From Thermoplasmatota archaeon (GTDB lineage: Archaea > Thermoplasmatota > SW-10-69-26 > JACQPN01 > JAIVGT01): a stretch of DNA of 64,000 nucleotides. Positions 27,260 to 35,616 of this stretch are shown in pieces. The first letter of the stretch is position 1. Each line of letters starts with the position of its first letter. Made by a program: the position numbers and the translations under genes. The notes below the pieces were generated by a model, which saw only the letters and a program-made list of their open reading frames with translations, was not told the DNA's origin and made no database searches. The stretch spans positions 719 through 64,718 of the forward strand of contig DATLFM010000097.1 of assembly GCA_035541015.1 (NCBI GenBank), given 5' to 3'.

Positions 27260-29398
27260 ATGCTCGGGATCGCGCGGTGGGCGCTCCTCGGGTACGTCGG
27301 GCTCGCGCTTGCGCTCACCGCCCGGCTGCTCGCCTCGTTCCCGCACACGTGGCCGCGCGGTCCCGACCTCTACAACCTGTTCCTCCACCCGTTCCTCACG
27401 GCGCAGGGCGACTGGCTTTGGACCTCCCTTTCCGGCGCGGGCCACCCGCTGCACGCGCACCCGTTCAGCAGCACGTGGTACCCGCTCACGACCGGCCCCG
27501 TCGCGCTTCTGGGCCCCGAGCTTGGCGTCTACGCCATCCTCCTCGTGCACCTGGTCCTGGGCGCCGTGTTCTTCGACGTCCTCGCGCGCCGGTACGTTCC
27601 CGACCCGGCGTGGCGGTTCGTCGGCGCGTCGATCTTCCTGCTCGGCGGCTGCTTTGCGTCCCGGGTGTTCGCCGGCCACCTCGTGTTCCTTCCCAGCATC
27701 GCCTGGGCCCCGCTTGCGCTCCATTTCCTGCTGCGCGTCGCCGACGGCGAGGGCCTCCGGCCCGTGGTTGGCGCGGGCGTGGCGATCGGCGTCATGCTGC
27801 TGGGCGACGTCCACGTTCCCTTGTACATGGGCTTGGCCGCGCTTGCGCTCATGGCGACGGACGGCTTCGAATGGCCGACGGGGCGCTGGGCTCTCCCGCG
27901 CCTGCGGCCGCGGGTCCTGCTCGCGCTTGTGGCGGTCTTCCCCGTGGCCGCCGCCGTTGCGGCCGTGAAGGTGCTTCCGCTTGCCGAGTTCAGCTTCGTC
28001 GTAGGCCGCGTGGTCGAGCCCCTGTACGCGAGCATGGGCCTCTACGACCAGATCGCGTCCTTCCTCTCGAACGCGCGGTGGCAGATCCCGCAGGTGAACT
28101 TCGAGGAGCGCAACGTCTTCATCGGCCCGCTCGCGTTTGGCCTTGCGATCGCCGGCGCCTTTGCCTTCCCCGAGAAGCGCCGGATGCTCGCCCTCGTCGC
28201 CGTGCTCGTGATCTGGATCCAGGGGTTCTTCACGCCGCTTGGCGTCCTGCACCAGCTCCCCGTCCTGTCGATGCTTCGCGCGCCCGCGCGGGCCATGATG
28301 GTGCTCTTCCCGCTCGTGGTGCTCCTGGCCGCCGTGGGCCTTGCACGCCTGCCCCACTGGCTCGACCGCCTGGCGCCGGACCGTGCGCGCTGGCTTTGCC
28401 GCGGAACGCTTGCGCTTGCGGGCCTGCAGGCGCTTGAGATCGTGATGCCCGCGCTCGTGTTCCTCGTCATGCCGGCGATGTACGCGCGGTTCACCGAGAT
28501 CACGTCGTACGACGTGCGCCCGCTCGACCTGCTGTCGGTCGTGGCCGGCGTGCTCGTGGCCGCGCTCGTGCTGTCGCGCATGGGGCAGCCGATCCGTTGG
28601 CCTCCCCGTTGGCTTCCCCAGGGGCTGGCGCTGTTCATCGTGGGCTCGCTCCTTGCCGTGAACGGAAGCCTCTTCACGCCCGCCCCCTACCCCGGGCAGA
28701 CGGACGCGAGCGCGGAGCTTGCCGCCGCGCTTCCCCAGGAGGGCTACCATCTCGTGGAGCCCGACGGCGTGACCGACCTCTTCCTCGTCGCGAAAGGCGT
28801 TCCGACGCTGGAGGGCGTCGAGGGCCACAGCCTCGAGTGGATCAACGAGCCAAGCCTGCTTCTCGGGCGGGGCCCGCGCGCCTACCGCGTGGGCGAGCGC
28901 GTCCTGCATTGGCGCGACTACCTCGTGACGAACGCCACAGCGGAGAAGCACGCCAACGACTCGTCGCTGCGCCTTGTACAGACGCTCCACACGAAAGCTT
29001 TGGGCCCCCTTCTCCTGTACGAGGATCTGCAAGCCGCTCCACCGGCCTTCGTCGTGCGCGGAAGCGACGTGCAGCCCGCGAGCCTGCGGGCGATCGGCGG
29101 AGGCTCGATCGTGATCGATGCGCCGGCGCTTTCGGCGGGGGAGCGCGTGACGGTCAAGCAGACGTACTACCCCGGCTGGACCGTCTCGACCCCCGGCTTC
29201 CGCGTGGTCGACGATCAAGGCATGATCGCGGCCGAGGCCACGGCCGACTTCGCCGGAGGCGACGTTCGCCTTTCGTTCTCGCCGCCGCTTTTCTGGATCG
29301 GCGCGGCCATCGCGATCCCGACGCTTGCCGCGGCGGCCTGGGTTCTGGCTGGGGGCCGCGCCGCACTTGCGCCAAGGATCGGGCGTCTCCGGCCCTAG
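27260..29398 (+). CDS. Large polytopic membrane protein with a C-terminal extracytoplasmic domain. It may be a GT-C-like, dolichol-phosphate-sugar-dependent glycosyltransferase (AglS/YfhO-like).
   Basis: 712 aa from the ATG at about 27260, inside ORF 26747..29398. It has at least 12 predicted TM helices, then a 230-aa soluble domain and a final TM. It is divergent from the GtrA gene across an 81-bp intergenic region. Confidence 0.55.
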   Translation: MLGIARWALLGYVGLALALTARLLASFPHTWPRGPDLYNLFLHPFLTAQGDWLWTSLSGAGHPLHAHPFSSTWYPLTTGPVALLGPELGVYAILLVHLVLGAVFFDVLARRYVPDPAWRFVGASIFLLGGCFASRVFAGHLVFLPSIAWAPLALHFLLRVADGEGLRPVVGAGVAIGVMLLGDVHVPLYMGLAALALMATDGFEWPTGRWALPRLRPRVLLALVAVFPVAAAVAAVKVLPLAEFSFVVGRVVEPLYASMGLYDQIASFLSNARWQIPQVNFEERNVFIGPLAFGLAIAGAFAFPEKRRMLALVAVLVIWIQGFFTPLGVLHQLPVLSMLRAPARAMMVLFPLVVLLAAVGLARLPHWLDRLAPDRARWLCRGTLALAGLQALEIVMPALVFLVMPAMYARFTEITSYDVRPLDLLSVVAGVLVAALVLSRMGQPIRWPPRWLPQGLALFIVGSLLAVNGSLFTPAPYPGQTDASAELAAALPQEGYHLVEPDGVTDLFLVAKGVPTLEGVEGHSLEWINEPSLLLGRGPRAYRVGERVLHWRDYLVTNATAEKHANDSSLRLVQTLHTKALGPLLLYEDLQAAPPAFVVRGSDVQPASLRAIGGGSIVIDAPALSAGERVTVKQTYYPGWTVSTPGFRVVDDQGMIAAEATADFAGGDVRLSFSPPLFWIGAAIAIPTLAAAAWVLAGGRAALAPRIGRLRP

Positions 29399-30081
29399 GC
29401 CCGGACGCCTTCGGCTTGCAGGAACTCCTGCCAGTCCAGGCGCGGCCAGCCGCGCGCCGTCTCGAGCGCCTCCCGGTTCGAGGGTCCCACGAGGGGCGCG
29501 ATGCGTCGGGCCGTCGCCAGGAACTGGATGACGCGCAGCGTTTCCAGCGGCTCGCGGGCAAACGCGTGGGCGGAATCGACGATGTCCCCGTACGCGGCTT
29601 GCGTGTGCTCCAACGTGTCGCCCGCGTCCACGACCTCCGGGCAGTCGATGCAGACGCCAAGCTCGCGACCCATCGGTTTCAAGGGAAAGGCGCGGCAGGC
29701 GAGCGGCCTTTCATCGTACACCGAGCAGACGCCGCCTGGCGCGCCGGAGGGGCCGACGATCCAGGACGGGTCGCCGGGCGAGAACTCGCGGAAGAAGACG
29801 CACGTGTCGTGCGTCGCGCGGTAGCCCACGACGAGCACGCGCGAGGAGGCGAGGTCGAGCACGCCGTCGGTGGGCTCCATCTGCCACGCAAGCCCGCGCC
29901 GGCTCGCGACGGGCAGCAGGCGCGCGCGCTCGGCGCTCGTGAGGGGAAGGCCGGCCGTGTCGCTCAGCCGGTAGACCGGCCCTCGGCGGTCCGGCCACTC
30001 GTACACGTGCTGCATGAGGGAGCGGCAGCAGTGGCCGCAGGAGGTGCACTCGAACCGCGTTTCGGGGGCGGTGCCGTTCAA
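29395..30081 (-). CDS. YkgJ-family cysteine-cluster (CxxCxxCC) Zn/Fe-binding protein
   Basis: The N-terminus is MNGTAPETRFECTSCGHCC. A second Cys cluster lies downstream. Confidence 0.65.
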   Translation of the reverse strand: MNGTAPETRFECTSCGHCCRSLMQHVYEWPDRRGPVYRLSDTAGLPLTSAERARLLPVASRRGLAWQMEPTDGVLDLASSRVLVVGYRATHDTCVFFREFSPGDPSWIVGPSGAPGGVCSVYDERPLACRAFPLKPMGRELGVCIDCPEVVDAGDTLEHTQAAYGDIVDSAHAFAREPLETLRVIQFLATARRIAPLVGPSNREALETARGWPRLDWQEFLQAEGVRA

Positions 30082-30293
30082 CGGCCGGACCCAGGCGGGT
30101 CGTGCCTGAAGAGCTTTGCGCCCGTGGACGCGCGGCTGAACACCTGCGTCCAGGCGAGCGTGGAGGCGATCTCGGCGAGGTCGCGCGCGTCCTCGACGCC
30201 GTGGGGCGAGCCGGCGTAGCGGATGGACGCGATGGCGCAGCGGCGGAGGTGGTCGCAGGCGGCTTCGAGGGTCGCGTCCGAGGGGCCGTGCAT
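30078..30293 (-). CDS. Small hypothetical protein (71 aa)
   Basis: Its stop overlaps the YkgJ start by 4 bp, which supports translational coupling. No recognizable motifs. Confidence 0.25.
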   Translation of the reverse strand: MHGPSDATLEAACDHLRRCAIASIRYAGSPHGVEDARDLAEIASTLAWTQVFSRASTGAKLFRHDPPGSGR

Positions 30294-30347
30294 GCGACGT
30301 CCTTGGGCGCGAGGAGGTCTAGGCTTTCGGGCGCACGGCTCGAAGCG

Positions 30348-31484
30348 TCAACGCCCAAGGTCCGAAACGACCCTTGGGAACGCCTCGGCGAACCGCTTGC
30401 AGTCGGCCGCGGGAACCGTGAACGAGACGCGCACGAACCGCCGGCCGAACCGTTCGGAGACGTACGCTCCGCCGCGCACGAACACCCCGTGCTCGAACAG
30501 GAGCTTCTCCTCGATTGCGGCCGGGTCGACGCCCGTCGCGGAGACGTCGATCACGAACAGGTTGGCGTGGGACGGGTAGACGGGCAGGAAGGCGCCCTCG
30601 ATCTTCGCGACGGCGTCCTTGATGAGCGCCTGGTTCTCCCGGCAGGTCCGAAGCATCCCCGGCAGCCACTCCTTCTTCGTCTCGAGCGCGGCCTTGGCCG
30701 CCGCCTGCGCGAGCACGTTTACGCCCAGGGGGTTCGTATCGTAGGGCTTGCACTTGGCCATCCAGTCCGGCGGGCCAACGAGCGCGCCCACGCGGAGGCC
30801 CGCGAGGCCCGCCCACTTGCTGAAGCTGTAGATGAGGACGGTGTTCTCGGGGTAGAACTCGGTGGCAAGCGCGGGCGCTTGCGCGAAGTCGCGGTACGTG
30901 ACGTCGTGCACGAGCAGGAGGCTCCGCTCCCGCGCGAGCTCGGCGATCGCGCGCACCTCGTCGCGCGTGTAGGCGGTGCCCAGCGGGTTGATGGGGTCGA
31001 TGAGCAGGATCGCTCGCGTGTGGTCGGTGAGGGCGTCGCGGATCTGCGAGACGGTGAGCTTCCAGGGGGGCGCGTAGATGGGAAGCTCCACGGGCGTGGC
31101 CTCCGAGAGGCGGATCTGCGCGTGGATGGGGAGGAACGACGGGTCGCTCGCCACGACCTCGTCCCCGGGCGACAGGACGGCGCGCCAGAGGATGTAGCTC
31201 GCCTCGAGGCCGCCGTGCGTGATCAGGACGTCGTGGTTGGGCGTTCCGAGGTCGTCCCGGACGAGTTGGGGAAGGCCCGGGAGGCCCTTCTTCAGCGGAT
31301 ACTGGTGGTGGAGCCCCCGATCCATGGCTGCCAAGACGGCACCCCGGATCCGCGGCGAGCCGGGGAGGTAGTTCGTGTTCTGGCTCATCCAGACCACGCC
31401 GGGCGTGCGGTGGGCGTGCTCGAACGGGTCGACCGCCATCGCGCCGGATAGCCGCTCCGCGGCCAAAACGCTTGTGCTCTCCAT
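30348..31484 (-). CDS. Pyridoxal-phosphate-dependent aminotransferase, class I/II
   Basis: 378 aa. The PLP-lysine region is YSFSKWAGLAGLRVG, in an aminotransferase fold-type I layout. Confidence 0.8.
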   Translation of the reverse strand: MESTSVLAAERLSGAMAVDPFEHAHRTPGVVWMSQNTNYLPGSPRIRGAVLAAMDRGLHHQYPLKKGLPGLPQLVRDDLGTPNHDVLITHGGLEASYILWRAVLSPGDEVVASDPSFLPIHAQIRLSEATPVELPIYAPPWKLTVSQIRDALTDHTRAILLIDPINPLGTAYTRDEVRAIAELARERSLLLVHDVTYRDFAQAPALATEFYPENTVLIYSFSKWAGLAGLRVGALVGPPDWMAKCKPYDTNPLGVNVLAQAAAKAALETKKEWLPGMLRTCRENQALIKDAVAKIEGAFLPVYPSHANLFVIDVSATGVDPAAIEEKLLFEHGVFVRGGAYVSERFGRRFVRVSFTVPAADCKRFAEAFPRVVSDLGR

Positions 31485-31498
31485 TTCCCGCTGCCCTT

Positions 31499-31759
31499 CT
31501 AGCCGCCGGAGCCGGGCGCGTCCTCGTCGGCGGAGATGCGGAGGAACCGTAGGGCCGTGACCACCATCATGACGTCGAACACGAGGTTGCCGGCGATGAT
31601 CACAAGGCCGAGCACCTGGTAGCGCACGTTGTCGAGCCGGATGCCCTGCTCCACGAAAATGGCGCCCACGAGGATGGGCAACAGGACAAGCCCGGGGGCG
31701 AGGAAGAGCTCCGCCCGGACGCCGCGCCGCAGGAGGTTCCGCTGCTTCACGCGAGCCAC
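31499..31759 (-). CDS. Small membrane protein (2 TM)
   Basis: 86-aa ORF that overlaps the end of the upstream membrane-protein gene by 13 bp. Confidence 0.3.
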   Translation of the reverse strand: MARVKQRNLLRRGVRAELFLAPGLVLLPILVGAIFVEQGIRLDNVRYQVLGLVIIAGNLVFDVMMVVTALRFLRISADEDAPGSGG

Positions 31760-32445
31760 GAGGGCACCTCCACGGTGGTCGTGATGGGATCGGGCGGAAG
31801 GCCGATGCCCAGCGCGGCGAACAGGCCGCTTGCCGTGATCGCGTACAGCGCCGCAGCGGGCAGCATGGGCATGAGGAAATCGTCGTCGAGCCAGCGGATC
31901 TTCACGCGCTCGGCCACGATCATGAGCGCCGTGCCGAAGACCGCAAGGAGCGGGTGGAAGTCGATGAGCAGGAAGACGCCAAGCACGAAGGCCGACCCGG
32001 CGACCACGCTTGCGGCCGGAAGGTTGGCCCGGCGGAACTCGCCCACGATGGGATCGCCGATGGCGGCCGCGAGGATGCAGGCGACGGCGATGGGCTGCGG
32101 GAACAGGTACACGAGCAGGAGGACCGAGAAGCCGAAGTACACGTAGCCGGAAACGCGCCGGCGCTCGTACTCGCGAAGCCCGAAGAAGGCCTCGGTGGGC
32201 ACGCGCCCGCTCATGCGGTAGAGCTCGAGCCCCACCGCGCCGGCGAAGATGGCCAACGGCAGCACGTCGCGAAACAGGCCGACGGTGCCCTCGGAGGGCA
32301 GGAGGTAGTAGGCGACAAACGCGGCGCCAAAAGCGTGGAAGGCGCGGCGGAACCAGTGGGGATCGAACTCGACCTGCTGCGCGATCGCCTGCTCGATGCG
32401 ATCGGCGACGTCGCGGACGGCGTCGCCCACGTCGCGCGCGGCCAA
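31747..32445 (-). CDS. Membrane protein of the CTP-dependent polyprenol/dolichol/phytol kinase type (CTP_transf_1-like)
   Basis: 232 aa and polytopic. The segments LREYERRRVSGYVYFGFSV and ILAAAIGDPIVGEF resemble the Sec59/VTE5/CarS family GD motif. Confidence 0.4.
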   Translation of the reverse strand: MAARDVGDAVRDVADRIEQAIAQQVEFDPHWFRRAFHAFGAAFVAYYLLPSEGTVGLFRDVLPLAIFAGAVGLELYRMSGRVPTEAFFGLREYERRRVSGYVYFGFSVLLLVYLFPQPIAVACILAAAIGDPIVGEFRRANLPAASVVAGSAFVLGVFLLIDFHPLLAVFGTALMIVAERVKIRWLDDDFLMPMLPAAALYAITASGLFAALGIGLPPDPITTTVEVPSWLA

Positions 32446-32461
32446 CGCAACCTCCCTTCGC

Positions 32462-32704
32462 TCACTCGTACATCGAGAGGTGGTTGTCGAGGAGGTTGCA
32501 GAAGATGCGCGCCTCCTCGTGCTTGAGTTCGAACTGGTGGGTCTCGAGGACCTCTTGCCCGTCCTTCACCGCCGCGGCGCGGAAGATGAGCAGGAGCCCC
32601 CCGTAGCCCGTGGTCTCGACCTCGAGCTTGTACTTGCCGTCGAAGGCCTCGTGGATGAGGGTCATGCGCGCTCCGCCTCCCGCGAAGGGACGCAACCGCT
32701 TCAA
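32462..32704 (-). CDS. Small hypothetical protein
   Basis: ORF of 80 aa with a probable start at MTLIHEAFDGKYKLEVETTGY. No recognizable motif. Confidence 0.3.
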   Translation of the reverse strand: MKRLRPFAGGGARMTLIHEAFDGKYKLEVETTGYGGLLLIFRAAAVKDGQEVLETHQFELKHEEARIFCNLLDNHLSMYE

Positions 32705-32719
32705 GCTTTCCGTTGCGCT

Positions 32720-33028
32720 CTAGCGAAGGACCTCGCGCTCGAGGAGCGCCTTGCCAAAGCGCGCGGCAAGCTCGGCGTCCTGCGGCGAAAGCGCGATGAC
32801 GTAGACGCCTCGCTCGCCCAAGCCCGGAATGGCCGTGTGCCAGCCCTGGCCCGAAAGCTCGTGCTCGTCCCACGCGAGCGTCTCGCGCAGGTCCTTGCGA
32901 AGCGCCACGAGAACGTGGTCGAGCTTCCGCGAGCCGCCGGCCGAGGGCGTGCGCGCCGTCGTCGTGCGCGTCCCGCGGGAGGTCGTCTGGCGGAACCGGG
33001 CGTAGAACCGTTGCGGGAAGACGTCCAT
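32720..33028 (-). CDS. Hypothetical protein (102 aa)
   Basis: ORF with no recognizable motif. Confidence 0.3.
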   Translation of the reverse strand: MDVFPQRFYARFRQTTSRGTRTTTARTPSAGGSRKLDHVLVALRKDLRETLAWDEHELSGQGWHTAIPGLGERGVYVIALSPQDAELAARFGKALLEREVLR

Positions 33029-33080
33029 GCGTCCGGGAGATACCGCGAAGCCTTAATGCACGCGGTCCCATCGCGGCCGC

Positions 33081-33569
33081 GTGGAAGGCTTCGTCCTGCG
33101 GCGCGACCTTTCCGACGGCGTGCACCCGCTGTCGGCGCTTGCCACGGGCCTCGACGCCGTTCCGGTGCTCGTGCGCCTCGTCGGCGGCAAGACGGCGCTC
33201 GCCCGGTTCGTGGAAAGCGTGGAGGTGCACGTCGTGCCGGGGGACGGCTACATGTGGATCGACGACGTGCACGGCCGCCTGTGCGTCGCGCAGTCGTACC
33301 TGCGCGAGGGGCCCGATCGGGGCATCTACGTGGACCTCGTGCACGAGCTCGTGCACATCGTGCAATGGAAGGACGGGCGCGAGCTCTTCGACCAGACGTA
33401 CACCTACGTGGACCGGCCCACGGAGATCGAGGCCTACCGCGCCGGCGTGGAGGAGGCCCGACGCATCGGCATGACGGAGGAGGAGATCGCCGAGTACCTT
33501 CGCGTGGACTGGGTGGGAGACGAGGACCACCGGCGGCTGTGCCAGCATTGCGGCGTCAAGCCGCCGTGA
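33081..33569 (+). CDS. Hypothetical small protein with an HExxH motif (possible minimal zinc metallopeptidase)
   Basis: 162 aa. It carries VDLVHELVHIVQW followed by ...TEIEAY, a candidate third-ligand Glu. Confidence 0.4.
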   Translation: MEGFVLRRDLSDGVHPLSALATGLDAVPVLVRLVGGKTALARFVESVEVHVVPGDGYMWIDDVHGRLCVAQSYLREGPDRGIYVDLVHELVHIVQWKDGRELFDQTYTYVDRPTEIEAYRAGVEEARRIGMTEEEIAEYLRVDWVGDEDHRRLCQHCGVKPP

Positions 33570-33578
33570 GCGGCAAGC

Positions 33579-33968
33579 TCAGAACCGCGGCGCGAGGACG
33601 AAAAGGAAGGCGCCGACGAGGACCGCCGTGAAGCCCAGCACCACGAGCCACCCGGCCGCGAGAGCCTCCGTGCCGCCGCCTTCGGGCGAGAGCACGAAGG
33701 CGGCGGCGTAGGAGACAAGCAGGCCCGCGAGCACGAGGACGACGCCCACGAGCGTCTCGCGGCGCGCGCGAAGGACCGGCGTCAAGCGTTCCCCGGGTCC
33801 TTCCGCTTGGGGCGGATCTTGCCGTCGACGAGCTCGAACTCCTGCTCGCTTGTGCCCTCGATCCGGACGTCGGGCATCTTGCGGCCCTTGCGCATCGGTC
33901 TCCCGAACCCCGCCGCCCCGGAAGACGTTTTCGGATTCAGGGCCCCCGCGGGCCCGGCTCCGGGCCAA
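33579..33968 (-). CDS. Hypothetical membrane protein (2 C-terminal TM). The start is uncertain and may be TTG at about 33786.
   Basis: The C-terminal region is LVGVVLVLAGLLVSYAAAFVL...LAAGWLVVLGFTAVLVGAFLFVL. A 37-aa Lys/Arg-rich mini-ORF (33782..33895) overlaps upstream. Confidence 0.3.
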   Translation of the reverse strand: MARSRARGGPESENVFRGGGVRETDAQGPQDARRPDRGHKRAGVRARRRQDPPQAEGPGERLTPVLRARRETLVGVVLVLAGLLVSYAAAFVLSPEGGGTEALAAGWLVVLGFTAVLVGAFLFVLAPRF

Positions 33969-34004
33969 ACGGGTCGCGGGGATGGAAGGGCAGCCTCGGA
34001 TCGC

Positions 34005-34157
34005 TCATGCCTTCTGGAGCTCCTGGATGCGCTCCTTCACGCCCTTGAGCTCGTTCTCCAGCTCCTTCGCGTAGTCGTTCAGCCACTCGAGCTTCTCGTC
34101 CCGGGAGAGGTACCGTCGTCCGCCGTATCCGGGCCCGCAGCAATTCGCGTACGTCAT
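34005..34157 (-). CDS. Small DUF5320-like protein (Gly/Cys-rich N-terminus plus coiled-coil), 50 aa
   Basis: Not in the ORF track because it is shorter than 60 aa. The manual translation is MTYANCCGPGYGGRRYLSRDEKLEWLNDYAKELENELKGVKERIQELQKA. Confidence 0.35.
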   Translation of the reverse strand: MTYANCCGPGYGGRRYLSRDEKLEWLNDYAKELENELKGVKERIQELQKA

Positions 34158-34253
34158 CGTTGCACTCCGCGGCACGTTTGCCGCAAGCAGGCGTATGTCC
34201 GGCCGCAGGCTTGCTGACGAAGCGGCGCGACGACCGGGTCACGCTTCGCCCGG

Positions 34254-34916
34254 TCACGCGGCAAACGTGCCGCGGTCCGAAAGCGTGGCAAGCCCGCGGG
34301 AGGGCCCCGCCGACACGCCGTAGAGGTCGGCCACGGCCGCCACGATGTGACGCGAAGCGGCAAACGCCTTCGTGGAGCCAAGCGGCCCCTCGGCCTCCAC
34401 GGCAAACGAGCCGCCGGACATCCGGACGCGGACGGCCGACCCGTCCGGCTCGGCAAGCCACGTGAGCGTCGTCTCGCCGGGCCCCTCGGACTTGCCGTAC
34501 CAGCGCAACCCGCGGAACCAACGGCCCGAAAGACGCTCCACGACCGCCTCGGAACTCACGTGCGGCGGAAGGAGCGCCTGGAGAATGGGAACGGAAGGCG
34601 CGGCAAGCCGAGGCGCGGAGACGGCCCCCATCGCAACGGCGACGCGGCAGCCGGCGTCCGTGAGCCGATACCCGTTCTCGTCGTGCGCCACGAGGCCGTC
34701 GTCCTGCAAGCGCTTGAGCGCCCGCGCCAAGGCCTGCTGGTGGACGTGGAGGCGGCGGCGCAATCCCTGGAAGGCGACCGTGGCCTCGCAATCCTGCGCA
34801 AGTTCGGAGAGGACGCGGGCGTCCCGCTCGTCGATCGACGGAACGGGGCCCGGCGAGGCCTCGCAATCGCAAGCCGGAAGGGCAGGAGCGGAGATCTCCC
34901 GCTCGGTCGTTGCCAT
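34254..34916 (-). CDS. Winged-HTH transcriptional regulator with a C-terminal domain of unknown function
   Basis: The N-terminal segment RVLSELAQD.EATVAFQGLRRRLHVHQQALARALKRLQDDGLVAHDENGYRLTDAG is a MarR/TrmB-like wHTH. Confidence 0.55.
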   Translation of the reverse strand: MATTEREISAPALPACDCEASPGPVPSIDERDARVLSELAQDCEATVAFQGLRRRLHVHQQALARALKRLQDDGLVAHDENGYRLTDAGCRVAVAMGAVSAPRLAAPSVPILQALLPPHVSSEAVVERLSGRWFRGLRWYGKSEGPGETTLTWLAEPDGSAVRVRMSGGSFAVEAEGPLGSTKAFAASRHIVAAVADLYGVSAGPSRGLATLSDRGTFAA

Positions 34917-34940
34917 CGCGGAAGACTATGTGAGCGCTCC

Positions 34941-34948
34941 GTATATGA
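34941..34948. promoter_or_regulatory. Shared bidirectional TATA element (GTATATGA) in the 57-bp divergent intergenic region
   Basis: It lies about 28 nt from the start codons of both the minus-strand regulator (34916) and the plus-strand SGNH hydrolase (TTG at about 34974). Confidence 0.45.
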
Positions 34949-34973
34949 TGACTCACTTCGGGGAACGATAGCA

Positions 34974-35507
34974 TTGGACCTGCGACCCGTCGTCGCCTTC
35001 GGCGACAGCCACACGGAAGGCATCGGAGCGATTCCCGAGCGCGCGTACCCCGCCGTGCTCGAACGGCTGCTTGGCGTGCCCGTCGAAAACGCGGGCTGGC
35101 GGGGCGAGACGGCCTTCGAAGCCCTCTCCCGCCTCCCGCAGGAGGTGCTCGATCGCGACCCGCGCCTCGTGCTCGTCGAGTTCGGCGGAAACGAAGCGCT
35201 GCGCGGGGAACCCGTCGAGCGCGCGCTTTCCGGCCTCGACGCCATCCTCGCGGAGCTCTCCTCCCGACGCGTCCCGACGATCCTCGTCGGCGTCACCATT
35301 CCTGAATACGGAAGCGCGTGGGACGACGGGCTGCGCGCGCTTGCGATCCGCCACGACGCGGAGCTTGTCCTCCACGCACTCGACGGCATCCTTGGCGACC
35401 CCGCGTGCACGAGCGACGACGAATGGCACCTGAACGCGAACGGCTACCGCAAGCTCGCGGAACGGCTGGCGCCGGTCGTCGAGAAGGCGCTCGAACGGGC
35501 GCGATGA
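34974..35507 (+). CDS. SGNH/GDSL-family hydrolase (lipase/esterase)
   Basis: The block-I GDS motif is VAFGDSHTEG. The block-V DxxH is SDDEWHLN. The likely start is TTG at 34974, in frame within ORF 34347..35507. Confidence 0.7.
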   Translation: MDLRPVVAFGDSHTEGIGAIPERAYPAVLERLLGVPVENAGWRGETAFEALSRLPQEVLDRDPRLVLVEFGGNEALRGEPVERALSGLDAILAELSSRRVPTILVGVTIPEYGSAWDDGLRALAIRHDAELVLHALDGILGDPACTSDDEWHLNANGYRKLAERLAPVVEKALERAR

Positions 35508-35539
35508 ATGATCATCGCAGTGCGATGAATGATCATCGC
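35501..35539 (+). repeat. Tandem direct repeat, 2 copies of GCGATGAATGATCATCGC with 21-bp period
   Basis: The copies are at 35501..35518 and 35522..35539. The first copy contains the SGNH stop codon. Each unit contains the palindrome ATGATCAT. Confidence 0.8.
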
Positions 35540-35565
35540 GTCCGCTTAATCTCGCATCGGCACCC

Positions 35566-35586
35566 GGCGCCGCCTTCGGCGGCGCC
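35566..35586. terminator. Perfect 9-bp GC hairpin (GGCGCCGCC-ttc-GGCGGCGCC)
   Basis: Read directly. It lies between the SGNH gene and the tRNA. Confidence 0.5.
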
Positions 35587-35616
35587 GACCGATGCTCGGG
35601 CTTCGGTGACTTCGCT

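Noticed and set aside
26726-29218. 830-aa minus-strand ORF
   Set aside because: Only its last 150 codons (26726..27178) form a real gene, GtrA-like. The remainder is antisense to the large membrane-protein gene and reads as Arg/Glu/His nonsense.
35501-35539. Possible CRISPR repeat
   Set aside because: There are only two tandem 18-bp units with a 3-bp spacer. There are no spacers of 30-40 bp and no cas genes in the window.
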